A DNA stretch of 64,000 nucleotides from the human T2T-CHM13v2.0 reference genome, Homo sapiens: assembly GCF_009914755.1 (NCBI RefSeq), contig NC_060934.1. One strand, 5' to 3'. The notes beneath the pieces were generated by a model that saw only the letters and a list, made by a program, of their open reading frames with translations, was not told the origin of the DNA and did not search any database. The position numbers were made by a program, and so were the translations under genes. Numbering within the stretch: the first letter of the stretch is position 1; every line of letters begins with the position of its first letter. Shown piece by piece: positions 28,391 through 46,865 of the stretch.

Positions 28391-30307
28391 CCCACATGGA
28401 ACATAAGTTTGTTTTTTATCCCTTCCATAGGTGTCACCATTAGTACAAGTATTAAAACTTCTCATAATTTCCCATTGAGTTTTCATATTATTGGAACAAA
28501 CTCATTAAGCAAAGATTTTATGAGGCTAGAGTAAAAAGAGAGCAGTCAAACTATAGACACAGAAAGCAGTCATGGACAGAGATTCACAACAGAACTTTAC
28601 ACAGTTCCTGTCCAAAGGGATAATTAACAAAGCAAATAGGTAGGTGTTGTTTTAACCAAACAGACTAAGATAATGAAAAAGGAAAACTGCAGCTCTGGAA
28701 AGGAGACAATGCCATTTGCAGGCTAGAAAGTTATGGAAAATTTTCTAAGCAATAAAAACTTAACATGACCCAAAATATAATCAACACAATATTTTGAAGG
28801 CAGACAATGCTTCAGAAAAGATGAATAGGATATCACTTACCATGGGCTTTGTTCTTTGTAAGAATTTCCTGGTATTTTTGTGGGAGTAAGGCTTGGGAAT
28901 TTCAGACCTCAGAGCTAACAGTGGGCAGAGGATGAAAGATGTACCTCAAAGGTTCTTAAAAGCCATAAGGATATCAGGGGTGTCTTAAATTTCCCCAACA
29001 ACCTCCATATCCCTAATGATAAGTTGCCACTGTAAATGGCTGTTGTGTAATCCATCATGAATATAGATTTAGTTATTGACTGGGAATTCTGGTCAAGGAG
29101 GAATATTTTCAGGTTTTATTTACACTGATGATAATGTGTTTCCTCATGAGCATAATACTGTACTCTTGCCTCACCTCTTATGTTCTTTTGCCACATGTAA
29201 TATATGTATATTATATTGTTGAGGTGGAGATGAAGAATGCTTGTAAAGTATTGGAAAGAACAATGTCACGTTTTTATGTCCTCTGAGAAAATAAAAGGGT
29301 AGTCTACCTACAGCCTGAAATACATACTGTCGCCCATTCATGGAATTTATATCACATAAGAGTTGATTAACTGAGCTTTAATAAAATATGGTTGGTATAC
29401 AAGTTCTAATTCAAGAACTGGAGTGCCTGTGGACCCACTAGGATGTGTTTAAGGAAAATATGTTTGGGAATTCCTTTGGTTTGGGTGAGGCAATATTTCT
29501 CTGGCTTGCAGTTACTTCTATGCATAATTGGTCATTGTTAGTCTTCCCAATGTAGGACTGGATTACAGGAATGCTCGTACTACCCATTTTTGCATCTAAT
29601 TTTATGTTCACAATTTTGCATTATTTTTCTTCATGAGGGTCTCTCAAATTGTATAAGCTTCAGGCTTGTGAAACCAAGATCCACTCCTGATCTGTATCTG
29701 TAAACACTGTACTTCTTAAGCATCAAAGGACAGGTTTGAATACCATCAAAGGACACTCACAAACTTTCTAAAATATCCACATTCCTAAGGATAACAATAA
29801 GGGCATTCCAAATTAAGTGGCGACAGAAAAATAAACACAAACCCAACAGTCCTCCACCCACAAAATTACATTATACAGTAACTTTCAATCACTATGATCT
29901 CAAGAGCTATAATTAAAATAGCAAGTTCAAGTACTTTATATGACAACTATGATATGAATAAATCTGCTAGAGCAGGATGAAACAAAAGACAAAGTGTGTC
30001 ATTTACTTGTATAACCTGCATCACCTCAGGAAGGTGCATATGAGGTTACATCAATATCAAGTGAGAGAGCAAGGATTATGTGGTGGCCTGAGTGAATTTG
30101 CTCATGCTCCTGGGTGCAAAAGAGTGGGAACTGACTGAGACTGATTATCTTTATTCCTTCTTGACAGCTTAATTAAGTTCTCTAATTAGTCACAGTCATT
30201 AAGCACTACATCAGCAATTCTGCCTCCTCTTGGATTGGCTTCTTCTCTAGTCTAATTGGTTAGAAAAGTTAGCTGATCTAAAACATTGTCTTTCAATTTT
30301 GGGAAAT

Positions 30308-30800
30308 CTTCTTTTTCACTTTTATTGAGATATAATTGACAAATAGAAAGAGTTTATATTCAAGGCATACAATGTGATGTTTTGATATACATATAAATTG
30401 TGAAATGATTGCCACAATCAATTAATATATCTATTATGTCACATACTGTGTGTGTGTGCTGAGAATACTTAGGTTCCACTTTCTTAGCATATGTCAAGTA
30501 TACTCTAAGTTATTATTAACTATAGTCACCATGCTGTGCATGGTCTTCAGAGCTTATTCATAACTACTAGTTTGTACCCCTTGACCAACATCTCTCCATT
30601 TCTCTCACTCTGGGACCCCTGCTACCTACCCTTCTACTCTCTGCTTCTGTGTATTCAATTTCTTAGATTGCACATATAAGTGGGACCATGCAGTAGTTCT
30701 CTTTCTGTGTCTGGCTTATTTCACTTAGTATAATGTCTTCTAGGTTTATCCATGTTGTCTCAAATGACAGGATATACTTCTTTTTTAAGACTGAGAATAC
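30308..30800 (-). mobile_element. L1MA-type LINE-1 3' end with ORF2 C-terminal remnant
   Basis: 'tggcttatttcacttagtataatgtc...catgttgtc'; ORF 30663-30896 carries ILSFETTWINLEDIILSEISQTQKENYCM, resembling the L1 ORF2p C-terminus. Confidence 0.9.
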
Positions 30801-33130
30801 TGACCCAGCAACACGAGGTTGGTTTACTTCAAGAAGCACCCTCAGGAAAGTTGTAAGTTCGCTGAACTGGGTCCTCAGCCCTGTCCTGATCACCATTTTA
30901 CCACCACCACCACGATGAGCTTCTTCTTCACTCTCTCTCCCACTCTCACTATTCTCTCAGCTATTCATCCTTTCACACTGTCTCAGTCTCTTTTGCCATC
31001 CCTTGAGGAAAACACCACCAAAGATTGAAGCCAAAATATGAGAGTTCATACTCTACCCCACAAATCAGTTCTTACAAAGAAGACTTCAAAGAAGGTAATG
31101 CTCTCAAGGATATCACTTTGCAGAAGTGATTTCCTATAATTCCAGAATGATAGGCAATCAGCAGGAAAGATAAGTGATTGCGCAAAGTTCCCCACATCAT
31201 AGACACACCTAGAAAAGTACAGTGTCCCCAAGACCTGTCATGTCTTTCAACTAATCTTTTCTTGCATGCTGGTGTCTCTTCACTATTATATCCAATGCAG
31301 TAATATATTTAATACCTCGAATTACAGTTCCTATAATCTTAGGAAATTATTTTGTGATCACATTTCTAATCACAGCATCTCATGAAACACCCCCAACCAC
31401 TACACTGCAACAACTTACAAAAGTATTCTGGGATTATGCAGATACCATATTTGGTCTTAGTCTATCACATCATTCTTACTAGAGAACTTTGTTCTAGGCT
31501 TTTGTCAGATATCATATTGTTTTATGTATTACATTGGTTTCAAGAGAAATTTTATAATTCTTATTCTTTTTTAAAGTCCACCACAGGTACAATTTCTGGC
31601 TGTAAATCACTACTTTAAAACAACAGCAGTAAATTAGCAGTAAACAACATTTGAAGTAAATTACAGCATTTTGAAAGAAATATCTTTGGCCCTTTCTCCA
31701 CTATATTCAGAACTGAGTGACTGGCCCATGAACTATATCCCTCCTCACAAGGTATCATTCACATCCTCCATTGCCCTGCAAGGCCCCTTTTTTTTCTGTG
31801 CGCAGAAGCCCAGAGAGCACTTTCTACAAGTTTAGGGAACATGCTGATGTAGAAACATGAAGGATAACCACAGTATACAAGTAGTGCAAGCTATTTCTCT
31901 TTTTGCAAGGGTTACCTGTTGTGTATCTAAGGAATCGTGACTAGACTTGTAATGTCTGCATCACAGAGCATCTACAAACCAGAAAATCTGAGTTCTAGGC
32001 TGTTTTCTAATGATTCTTAGACACATATCAATTTCTAAGATCATAAAATGAAGATACTTAGTACGACTACACCTGCCTATCTTCTAGGCAGGCGTCAAGG
32101 ACATTGTAAGCCATAAATCACCAAAAAAAGGCAATAAATTATTTTTATCATGACTAAAAATTTTGTTTTCCCTCCTTTAGTCTTTAAATTCTGCTAATGC
32201 AGCCTTCTAAGAAGGACATTTCTCACAAAGGATTGATAAATATCTGCACACACAAATGAGTCCACTTAGTCTTGAGAATCTAATCCTTTAGTCATAATTA
32301 TCTTGGTCTCCATGCAGTCTAATTTCAGAGTTCTAGTAACAAGGTAACATAACATCCACTTTCTAAATGCCCTCAAGTTGGTCACATTATAAGATTAATG
32401 AGCCAGATCACCATTTTCCAAAAATAAATACATAGAACCTTGATTTGAATTAGCTAAATGAATTGACATCATGTTAGTGATGTCAAAAATGGTAGAGACT
32501 TCTATTTCAGCAGAGAAAAAGCAAAATAATATTTTAAGACCAATGAGGTTTAAGAAAATGAGGAGTAAATAAAGAATTGAAAACAATTAATTGCAAAAAT
32601 TGGAGGGGTATTTGGGCACAGACAGATTGTAAGAGACACTCGATGGCAAGAATGAATTTAGGTCGAAGGTAATATGAAATTTAGCCATAGAAAATTTTTA
32701 ATAAGGATGATATGTCGTCAAAGTATATTTGGTGCCATTTGGAAAATGACTGAGTCTTAAAGGATTTTTAAATGATTTCCTTTTTTTAAAGTTGTCATAG
32801 TCAGTTTGTTCTGATCTTGAGAAAGTAAATCTGTCTTCTGATGGTCAAGTGATGGTTTCCCTGAACATCCAAACTTGGTCTTCATGAATAAGGAATCAGA
32901 ATGGAGAAAAATCTGAAAATGCATAATGAACTTTTCAGTTTAGCTATGTTAATCTGTCTCAAAATTAGGAGTCCATGACTTTTATTTATACTAATGTATA
33001 TTTGCATATATAATAGCATGTATGTCTTTATTTTGCTATTAAGTCATTTTGCAATGAAGATATGTAAATATTTTAGGTGCCATAGGGACACCAAAAAATA
33101 GAAGACACTGTTTCTGTTTCTAAGATTCTA

Positions 33131-33499
<369 letters not shown>

Positions 33500-33648
33500 G
33501 TCTTTTTAAAAAAATTCTGTAAATGTATACAATTAATTGCCAAGTGACTAAACAGAAGACAAGCGTATATGAAAGTATGTTCTAGTATTGAAGCACTTTC
33601 ATGAAATTTTAATTTATACTCAAGTACATAAAAGTAAATGTTTCCAAT

Positions 33649-34114
33649 TGTGGCAGAAATAGCCATGCTCATCAAATATTCCAGTTAGTTTTCTAAATAT
33701 CCCAGTAACTTTGCAGTTAGGCAGCACCAGATAACACATTCTAGTTCATGGGCACTAGTGGAAAGGATTTGTGTCACTTCTGGGTTAAGGTAGCAAAAAT
33801 CTCATGTGCTGTTGGCAGTTTCTCTTTCTTTACCATGGGTTCCTGTCTCTCTCTCTCTCTCTTCTTCTACCATGGCCAGTGAGGAGTCTAGGCATCATTC
33901 CAGATGATGTAGCTAGAAAACTGTGGTGCCTCTGTCAGCCTAGGTTCCTGAGTGACTATGGTCCTTAAAACTAGGTGTGTCTCCCAGTACAAATGGTTGT
34001 GTACATATATGACATGAAAAAGAAATACATTTTTGTTTTAAGCTATGACTTTAACTAGTTTTTTTAAATTGTTTTTGACAGTGCAGCATAGACTAGCCTA
34101 TGTTGACTGGTAGA
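33649..34114 (+). mobile_element. MLT1-family MaLR solo LTR (MLT1I/J-like)
   Basis: Begins tgtggcaga; 'tttgcagttaggc', 'tgtgtcacttctggg', 'cagcctaggttcctgagtgactatg'; ends 'gcagcatagactagcctatgttgactggtaga'. Confidence 0.75.
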
Positions 34115-35289
34115 ACAAACTAAAGCTGTGTGAATGAAGAAAAAGGCATCCAGAAGTGACCTGTCAAAATAACCTCAAAGAGTCATGGGAACCTTCCTTA
34201 GTGACTCAATGAAATTTTATTTTAATACACTTGAAATAAAAATTCATTAATTCTATTCAATCAATAAAAAAAACTAAGGCTAAAAATTAACGGTTTGGGG
34301 AATAGCAGAATAGTGAAAAATAACAGAGCTTTGAGAGAGTTATCACCTTGCTTCCTCTATGATACCTGGCATATTAATAACTACCAAGACTCAGAGAAGC
34401 TGAACTGAATGAAAGCATTTTACCTTTATTCTCCCCAACTATTAGCTTATTGTCCTTCCTTTGCCTCCCTAAGAAGTTACATCAGGTGCATATTGCTACA
34501 CCAATATGTGAACTACATGATGACAGCACTATTTACAAAATAGAAACGTTTGGTTCATCAGCAAAGTAATTTTTAGATGTGATATCAGAGTTCCTTTATT
34601 GTTAACTCCCCCTGTCCTGGGTTTTTATTTTTCTCTCTCCTGCTTCTCTCCATACCATTTGGCTCTTCTTATCTCTGTTCTGCATCTTTAGCTGGAGTGG
34701 AGGCTGCACTTCCCTTGTCCCTTAACATGCATATCAAAAAATGAATATAAGGGCCAATAGGAAGGCTACCTGTGAATTGTAGCAATGTTTTAGCAGAAGA
34801 GAAAGGATGTTCCACAGAAGTGATTCCTTTTACCTGTCCTCACATCTGGTCAACATAAAAGGGATGATGAAAGAGAAACGATATTTCAGCAGTTGTGTGC
34901 ATATTCTAATATGTATCTTTGTTTCTAAATAGTTGATGCATTCTAGCTTAATCCTTAATAAGAAAGGACAGCTTCATTACAAAACAAATTCCTCATTGGC
35001 AGATAAGCAGATGAGAGGGAGAATATTTAACATTACTGATAAAGAATCAAGTTATGTTCTAGATTCATGCAGAGTTTTATAGAATTGGTGCAAAGTATTA
35101 GAAAATTTATAAGAAAGCTTATTTACTGTAAAAAAAATCAATCTTAGGAAATAGCCACCCACACATTTTTCAACCTACTTCCCCAAAACCATAGTATAAC
35201 CCTTAGAAAGAACATTGAAGAACAGATAGGAAGGGGAGGTAATAATATCTTTAAGAACTCACTAATATGAACCACTTTATATATATATA

Positions 35290-35450
35290 CATTATCTCTT
35301 AGGATCATATAACAAAGTTTGAGGCAGGTGGATGATATTTGTATCCCCATTTTATAGATAAGAACGTTAAAACCCACAGAGAGTAAATTGTTTAAAGTCA
35401 CTCAAGTACTAAACCTTACTCAGTGTGATCAAAAGCCCATATTCTTTATT
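35290..35450 (-). mobile_element. MIR fragment
   Basis: 'tatccccattttatagataagaa...aaagtcactcaagtact'. Confidence 0.65.
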
Positions 35451-35820
35451 GTAACTTATAGCATATAAGCTCCTATAAGGAAAATCACTTACTAAAAATG
35501 TCTTCTCTTCTGTACATGCCAGCAGTGCTATTCCTCAAAGCAATAATCTGCATAGGTTTAAAATTAGTGGTGCTAAATGTCAGCGATGACTCATGCTTTA
35601 GCATTATCTCTTAAGTATGCAGGTGATAAACTTTAAAAATTAAGTACATTCATTGTATTTCAATATTTCTCTAGCCATTCTTTTTGGTTGAAAGTGTGTG
35701 TGTGTCTGTGTGTCTGCGTGTAGATATGGGGCATTAAGGCAGGCAAACTTAGAACACAAAATATAAAAATTGGGTGGGGAAACATCTGGATGACCTCAAT
35801 ATTTACCTAACATTCTTCTT

Positions 35821-36283
35821 TGCAAATGTTCTGAATTGTCTCATCAATTCTGCATCATCTCTGCCCCCTTATACACTTTTCCCTGCATTGCCTGGAAGCT
35901 ACACTCCCAGAATTTCTTACCAGCATGGTTCCAAATTTGATTCTGCTAATGAGGTACACTTGCAAAAGATTTGGAAGGCAGATGAGAAAGAAAAATTAAT
36001 TTTCCTCCAACAACAGCTGGAAGGCAGGTGTCAGACCTGAAGTTTGTGTGGGCTTCTGAAAATCACCAACTTCAGTGCCCAGGTAGCCAAGATCAGCAGC
36101 AATTTCCTGCAGTTTTTTTAGCTCTCTCATATGCTGAGAGTTAATCGTTTTGTTTTTTTTTCTGATCGTTGTCTTTTAGGCTTTCCAGTGCTACGTAAGC
36201 ACCTAATTTCCTAAAGTTAATTACTTCTGACTTGAAATATTAAGTGTGATTTCTATTTTCCTAACCAAACCCTGACCGATGCA
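35821..36283 (+). mobile_element. ERVL solo LTR (LTR33-like)
   Basis: 'ccagcatggttccaaatttgattctgctaatgagg...gatttggaaggcag'; end 'ttgaaatattaagtgtgatttctattttcctaaccaaaccctgaccgatgca'. Confidence 0.65.
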
Positions 36284-38379
36284 GTATGTCCAATAAGAAC
36301 TCATTATCAGACTACCAGGAAAACATATTTTAACACAGGCTTACAAGAAAAACAGTTACCAAGTATGGATGCTCAAGACAGCCTTAAAGCAATGCCTAGT
36401 AAGAAGTGCTTTATAATAACTCTGATGCAAGATCACATGTCCAATTTTTAAAAGATGTATTAGTTCACATTTGTTGCATTAAATGATTTTGGGGAACAAC
36501 ATAGCCTGAGATAGGACAAAACTGAGAATCAAACTAGATAAAGCTGAATGTGATAAAAATATATGCCTTTAAAAAGTTAGGGGTCTCAATCAGGAGTTAA
36601 ATTCATTAAAGAAAAGGTTATGAGTACTCCAAGTTCCAACAGTGAGGCAGGGTCAAGAGTTCACTCCAGCTGGCACGAACAGGCAGGTAATAGAGGACCT
36701 ACCAGGTTTAAATGGGGAGGTTATCACTGTCAGATATGAAGTGGCTCCAATGAAAGGTTGGGACCAGTGAATATCTGCCTTAGTTTTAGATAATGCATAT
36801 GACATGGCTTTACCCACTGACCAGTGCTCTTTCGAGAATAAATACTTAGACACCTAATACGTATGAAGTCACACAGATAATTGGCATGAGCCAAATGAGG
36901 GTTACTTGTACTCTATATAAACTCTTACATACTCTCTTATCAGTAGAAATTTCTATTGAGAGGTGGCTTGGAGAAGATCTCTAAGTTGCTGAATCCCACA
37001 AAGACTTTAAAAAGGTAGAAAATTCTAAAAGGATGATGCTAGCAATCAATCAAATACTCTGGCCTCCTCTAGAAGGAAACTGATTTGATATGTTTATGGG
37101 TGCATTTACCTTCTGCACACACACTCGTCAGCTAATCAACACAACAAAAGTAACACAGTCAGTTGGATGGAATTTTAGAGTCATCTCCCTCTATGCACGT
37201 GTGCTTTGGCAAAATCAGGTACAATATACCTGACGCTTCAGCTTTTCACTTAATAGTGCACTTATTTCTAGTTAGCCCTTGAGTCATCTTCCCAGATGTG
37301 TTAGCCTATCAACTTGTTTTTTTCATGAATATGATAACTACTTATCTTTCATCTTACATCATTAGAACATTTGAATTGTTAAAATTCCACATATTTCAAT
37401 ATGATGGTGTCCTGTAATCTCTGAAGTCTTGGGTTACTGAGTCTGCTGTGTGTCTGAAGCTACACTATGTATTAGCATTCTTGTTAGGTTTAATTTCATT
37501 TTCTACAATGATTCATCCCTTGAAGCTCCACAAAAAATATGCAGAGCATATTTATTGCTAGTACTAGTGTAACCGAAATTACCAAAATCTATAGAATTTT
37601 CATAAATTTATGTATTTTAGAATAAATTATTATAAAAAGAATTAAAGGATGTTTAAGTTCACAATAAATTTTACATCATCTATAGACACTGAATTATTAG
37701 TCAGCAAGCTTTCTCTATAACATTTATAATTAGAACCAAATAATTTTGACTCTTCCCCTTAGTCATCATTTGTGTTTTAATTTCTGTCCATGTCAATAAG
37801 GTTATTCACAGAAGGCAAAGAAAAAATATTTTTTAAGGGTTTGTTTTGCTAAGTTACATGGGGAGTCAGAAATTCAGTTAAGATGAACTGTGTGAGGTAT
37901 TAATTGAAATTTAAGTGTATAATATTCTTGAGTTAGGTATGGAAGATGACAGTAATTTCAATCTCACTTTTACTTCACATACATTAGATGTGGAACTTCT
38001 TTTCAGTCAGAGGGACAGATGAATTCTCTAGGAAATTTATATGTAAGTATTTGCAGGTACCTTTAAGCTAGTTCTGAGGAGAAAAAAGTTATATGAGGCA
38101 AGAAGAACTTTCAATAAAGAAAATGCATGTAACTGCCCAGACCCTCCTTGGAGTTATAAAAGAGCCATATAATTTCCACAGCTTCCATATGCCACCAACA
38201 CTTATGGTCCTATATAGCAAGTCCCATAAAGCCTCAGTAGACATGTGACATCCCGAAAACAGAGCAATGCCCATGATCCTATGACATGAGGTAAGAAATT
38301 CAAGGCACCATGGTTCCCTCTGACACCTGATAAACTGTATGTATTTATTTTTTCCTAGAAAAAAAGGGTATTTGACACA

Positions 38380-38560
38380 TATCGGGAGACACAGTTTCAA
38401 ATCCCACGTTGACCATACACATGCTGTATGGCCTTGGGCAACTCCTTTGAGTCTCTGTTTCATCATTTAAAAACCAAGGTTAATAATTCCTATCTTCACA
38501 GAGTTGTGATAACAATAAAAATATATTATGAAAATGAGGAGGCTTTATAATTAATAAAGG
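38380..38560 (+). mobile_element. MIR fragment
   Basis: 'ttcaaatccc...ctgtatggccttgggcaactcctttgagtctctgtttcatcatttaaaa'. Confidence 0.75.
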
Positions 38561-38655
38561 TATAAGGGCACTGATTATTTTCTCAACCCTTTACATAAAT
38601 TAGTAGATTATTCTAATCTTGTGACAGAGAAAATAAAATAAATATTGAAAAGTAT

Positions 38656-39058
38656 TATGACAGAAACTAGCTAGCTTCCCACCACATCTGTTCCATCTTC
38701 TTCCTGGGCCCACAGGAAGTATAAGCTTCCCACTCTCCTTTACAGTTAGAAATGGCAATATGACTGCATTCTAACATGAAGGAAGTGGTGGGATATTTCC
38801 AGTCTTAGCCAATAAAATTCTCCAGTGCCTGGTCCTCCATGCCCTTTCCCCAAGCATGAGCCACGGGAAGAGAACTCCAAGGTCCTAGATAAAAAACTAA
38901 GCCACACGATAAAGGAGGCATATATGTGAATGACCAAATGGAAAGCCTCTTACTGACCAGGAACACCAGTTTTGAATTTCACATGTGCAAGTTATGCTAA
39001 ACAAGTGAGATTTTGGGGTTTGTCTTTGACATAATTCAGTAGGACCTCAACTAAAAGA
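38656..39058 (+). mobile_element. MLT1J-like MaLR solo LTR
   Basis: 'ccatcttcttcctgggcccacag...ctttacagttag...gtgagattttggggtttgtct'. Confidence 0.7.
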
Positions 39059-39364
39059 GGGATATAGACAAGTTAAGTGTGAAAAGGAAATACCACCCTC
39101 AATCAGGCTGCCATTCAAAAAAAAAAAAATATGCCACCAAGTATACAGATGTCAACTATGATTGTCATATTTTGACAAAATATTATTAGAAATAATAATT
39201 GCTCATTTTAGAGAACTGATGATCTATGAGGTTATTTAGGGTCTGTGTGAAACTTTTAGTTCTCTCAATCATCTGGGGATCATGAGGGAGCTGAGATGAG
39301 ATCTAACTTTCTCAATACCATCACCAGTGCTCGTTTCCCTATAGCACACTGCTGTGCCCACTGA

Positions 39365-39671
<307 letters not shown>

Positions 39672-40914
39672 AAGTCCCTTGCTTTTTAAGATACAGTTAG
39701 TCATGCAGTTCTTGACAAAAAAAAAAAAAAAGGTACATACACACCAACCATTACAGAAGCCAAAATATCAAGTCTAGACTGACAACCTCTGCAGCTACAC
39801 TGAAACCCCACATCACTAAATAATAAAAAATCCTAATGTGACTTTCTCATCTTGAATAATTGTTAAACAAATATTATCCCTCTTCCTTTCTGCCTTCTAC
39901 TCTTTATATTCTTCATTTTGGAAAGTTTTGTTTATGAACTAAAATATTTGATATTATATTTAGTACTTAGACACATCTCTTCTAGCTTACCATCTAGCAG
40001 AAGGAAATGTAAATAGTGATGTTATATTAAAAATCTGCCTTTAATTTAATTTTAAAATGAAGGGTAATGGTAAATTAATATGGAAGTTTGGACATGAGCA
40101 ATATTTATTTGGCTGAATAACAAACCCTCTTTAAAGTGAATCCTGTCTCTTAATTTAACAGAGTGAAATTTATGTTTTTATAGGCAATTATGTGTCAATT
40201 CAGAGAATCTCAGATTTAAAAGTGGCAACCACTTCTGAATGAAAATGCTTTGAGTATATTTGTGTGATCTGGATATATTTTTCCCAGAAAGTCATTATGT
40301 ATTCATAAATGTGAATAAAAACCACATATGACATAAGCATGTCATATAATAAATCTTAGCAAACTATATGGAGAAATATACCACAGAAGTGAAACAATTT
40401 TTAAGTATGTGTGTATATTTATATATTTGTCTGTTCGTATTAGAATCATTTTATGACAAATGGAATAATTCAGTAACCACTTTACTACTGCATGTTTAAT
40501 ATTTATTGAGCAATAAACCATATACTAAGCAAAAAGTTACTAACCCTCCCCCACCAAAAATGATTTGCTCGTATTCACTTTTTCCCTTATCTAATGCTGC
40601 AAAGATAATTACTTTGTCCCTATAATAACATTTCCACAATTCATTTCAGGACCAGTGATTAGTCCACAAAGTTTGGCAGGTTTCAGATCAGAAATATGTG
40701 CATAAAAATGCTGACTATTTGAAAGATAAGTAAATAAATTAAGATAATAATTTAGACTCATGTTCCCCAAGCTTATCTAATAAAAAGAATCTCCTAGCTT
40801 TTTCCTTAGAGTACATCCTAGGTAACAGCTAAGAGTCAGTATTATTAACAAGCTCTTAGGTGATTCAAAATAAGAAACTGGAAAACATAGATTCAGACTA
40901 AGCTCAATTATCCT

Positions 40915-42400
40915 ATTCATTCATTTATGCAGTCATTCATTCATTATTTTATTCATTCAATCTGGGCACACTATGTGCTGGATACAACAGGATAAATAAG
41001 ACATACTCTCAGTCTCATGAATAAATGCAATGAAATATGACAAACGCTTGGCTGAAAGTATGTACAGGGTCCATTGGCAACACAAAGGAAGGAGGTGTCA
41101 ATTCAATCTGGCAGGTTGGGTAAAGGTTTGTCCTGGCTTCACAGGGAAACCCACATTTAAACCAAGTGTCAAATTAGTAGGTAATCAATCACCAAGTGAA
41201 GAATTAAAGAACATCCTAGTAAGAGAAATAAATGCTGGGTTCATTGTGCAGAATGTATCAGCTGAGTATCAAATTAGAAGACAAATCTTTTTGGAAACTA
41301 TTTAGAGAAATAATGAGAGCTAAACTAAGCTGAGTCAGTGGAAAATAGAAGAGAAGGGGGGAAGGATATATAATATTAGAAAAGAAGGTGGATTGGACCT
41401 GGGAAGTGACTGGATGTGGAAAGAGGAAAGGGAGGGATTGGAGAGTCCAAAATAGCTCCAAGGCTGCATAAAACACATATAGATGGTGACACTATTTTCA
41501 GGTAAAGGGAATAATAAAAGATGATAAGGTTTGGGGGAAAGGTAGGAATTCAGTCTTGCATGTGTTACGTTGGGGGACATTCGATGGATCTGTCTGTTAA
41601 GTAGTTGAATACGTAAGACTAGAACCCTGGAGAGTTCTGAGTTTAGAGACACAGATTTGAAACTTAACAACAGGTGAATAGTGAGTGAGGTCTTAAAGTG
41701 GTTAAAATCACACAAAGAATTTTATAGTGTGAGAAGCAGGTCAAGAACAGAACTTTGGACAGTTCTTATATTTTAGTAATTATCAGAGAAAAAAAGACAA
41801 GAAGAAAATGAGAGTGACATCAGAAAAGCTGAGGGGAGAGAGTTTTAATAAAATGAGTTATCAACAGCAAATGACCCAAATATGTTAGAAAAAGACTAAA
41901 ATAATCCATCAGATTTGTTCCTAGAGTGGTCAGTGATTAAGAAGTGGTATGAGTTTGGACCAGGCATTGTGGCTTACGCCTGTAATCCCAGCACTTTGGG
42001 AGGCTGAGGCAGGAAGATCACCTGAGGTCAGGAGTTCAAGACCAGCCTGGCCAACATGGTGAAACCCTGTCTCTACTAAAAATACAGAAATTAGCTGGGC
42101 CTGGTGGCAGGTACCTGTAATCCCAGCTACTCAGGAGGCTGAGGCAGGAGAATCACTTGAACTTGGGAGGTACAGGTTGCAGCTCAGATCACCACTGAAC
42201 TCCACTCTGGGCAACAGAGCAAGACAGGAAAAAAAATATATATATGTAAAAATATATATGAAAGAAACAGAAAAAGAAAAAGAAGAAGACAAAAGAAGTG
42301 GCATGAGTTTAAGAGGAAATGGGAGGTAAACTGGCAACAGTGAAAGTAGGCTATAGTCTCAAACTTGATTAGTAAAGAAAAAAGAAAAATATGCAGATGA
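40915..42400 (-). mobile_element. L2 LINE, interrupted by an Alu at 41957-42292
   Basis: (TTCA)n-like L2 tail at about 40915-40960, then 'gactggatgtgg...gagtccaaaatagctccaagg' and other L2 motifs. Confidence 0.75.
41957..42292 (+). mobile_element. Alu SINE (AluSx-like)
   Basis: Full Alu; 18-bp TSD aagaagtgg(t/c)atgagttt at 41939 and 42293. Confidence 0.95.
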
Positions 42401-42434
42401 ATGATCAAAGTATACCCTTTTTTAAAAAAATTAG

Positions 42435-42600
42435 AGAATCTCAGAATTAAAAAGAGTTTGGATAATCATCGAGTGCATTTCTTTTACCCCAATGCAGAAA
42501 TGCCTTCCAAAGTCTCCCTTACATGTAATCATCCAACTTCTTTATTTGAATATTTCCAAGAATAGGAAGCTTATTAACTCAAAAAACGCTCATTGTAATT
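42435..42600 (-). mobile_element. L3/CR1 LINE 3' fragment (part 1)
   Basis: 'agaatctcagaatt...gataatcatcgagtgca...ttgaatatttccaagaataggaagcttattaac' resembles the antisense L3 3' end. Confidence 0.55.
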
Positions 42601-44030
<1,430 letters not shown>

Positions 44031-44049
44031 ATTCTTTTTTTCTCATAAC

Positions 44050-46430
<2,381 letters not shown>

Positions 46431-46444
46431 AAAATCAAAGCTAT

Positions 46445-46740
46445 TACATTTTAATAGCTCTGATTAGTTTTTAAAACTCTACTGACACAAAATTGACTCT
46501 CCCATATTTTCCATTAATTGGCTAAATTTTGAAACCTGGAACAGTATTTTACCTTCAACCATATTGCTTTTTTTCATCTATTTAAGATTATCTCCCTTAA
46601 ATATGTTTTTCCTTCAGTCTAAATATCACCAAATTCTAAACTTCTATTTTATGTTTAAATCCTTTGCCATCCTGATCATCATCTTCAGTAAAAACTCTCG
46701 TTTGTCAACATCCCTCTTAAACAAGTATCAACAAAAATCC
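46445..46740 (-). mobile_element. L3/CR1 LINE fragment (part 2)
   Basis: 'aatagctctgattag...tgactctccc...ttccattaattgg...ccatcctgatc...gtttgtcaacatccctcttaaa' continues the L3 from 42600. Confidence 0.55.
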
Positions 46741-46763
46741 TAGATGCTATGATTAAGCCCAAT

Positions 46764-46865
46764 AAAGAGAAAAAATGAGAGAGTCATATTAAAAAAACAG
46801 AGATACAAAATAAAGAGGAAAAAAATGAGAGAATCACACACAAAAAATAATAGAGATACAAAAGA
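46764..46865. repeat. Imperfect ~50-bp A-rich tandem duplication
   Basis: aaagag..aaaaatgagaga.tca...aaaaa..agagatacaaaa occurs twice. Confidence 0.7.

Noticed and set aside
30663-30896. ORF resembling a real protein domain
   Set aside because: Decayed C-terminus of L1 ORF2p inside a truncated L1MA; not functional
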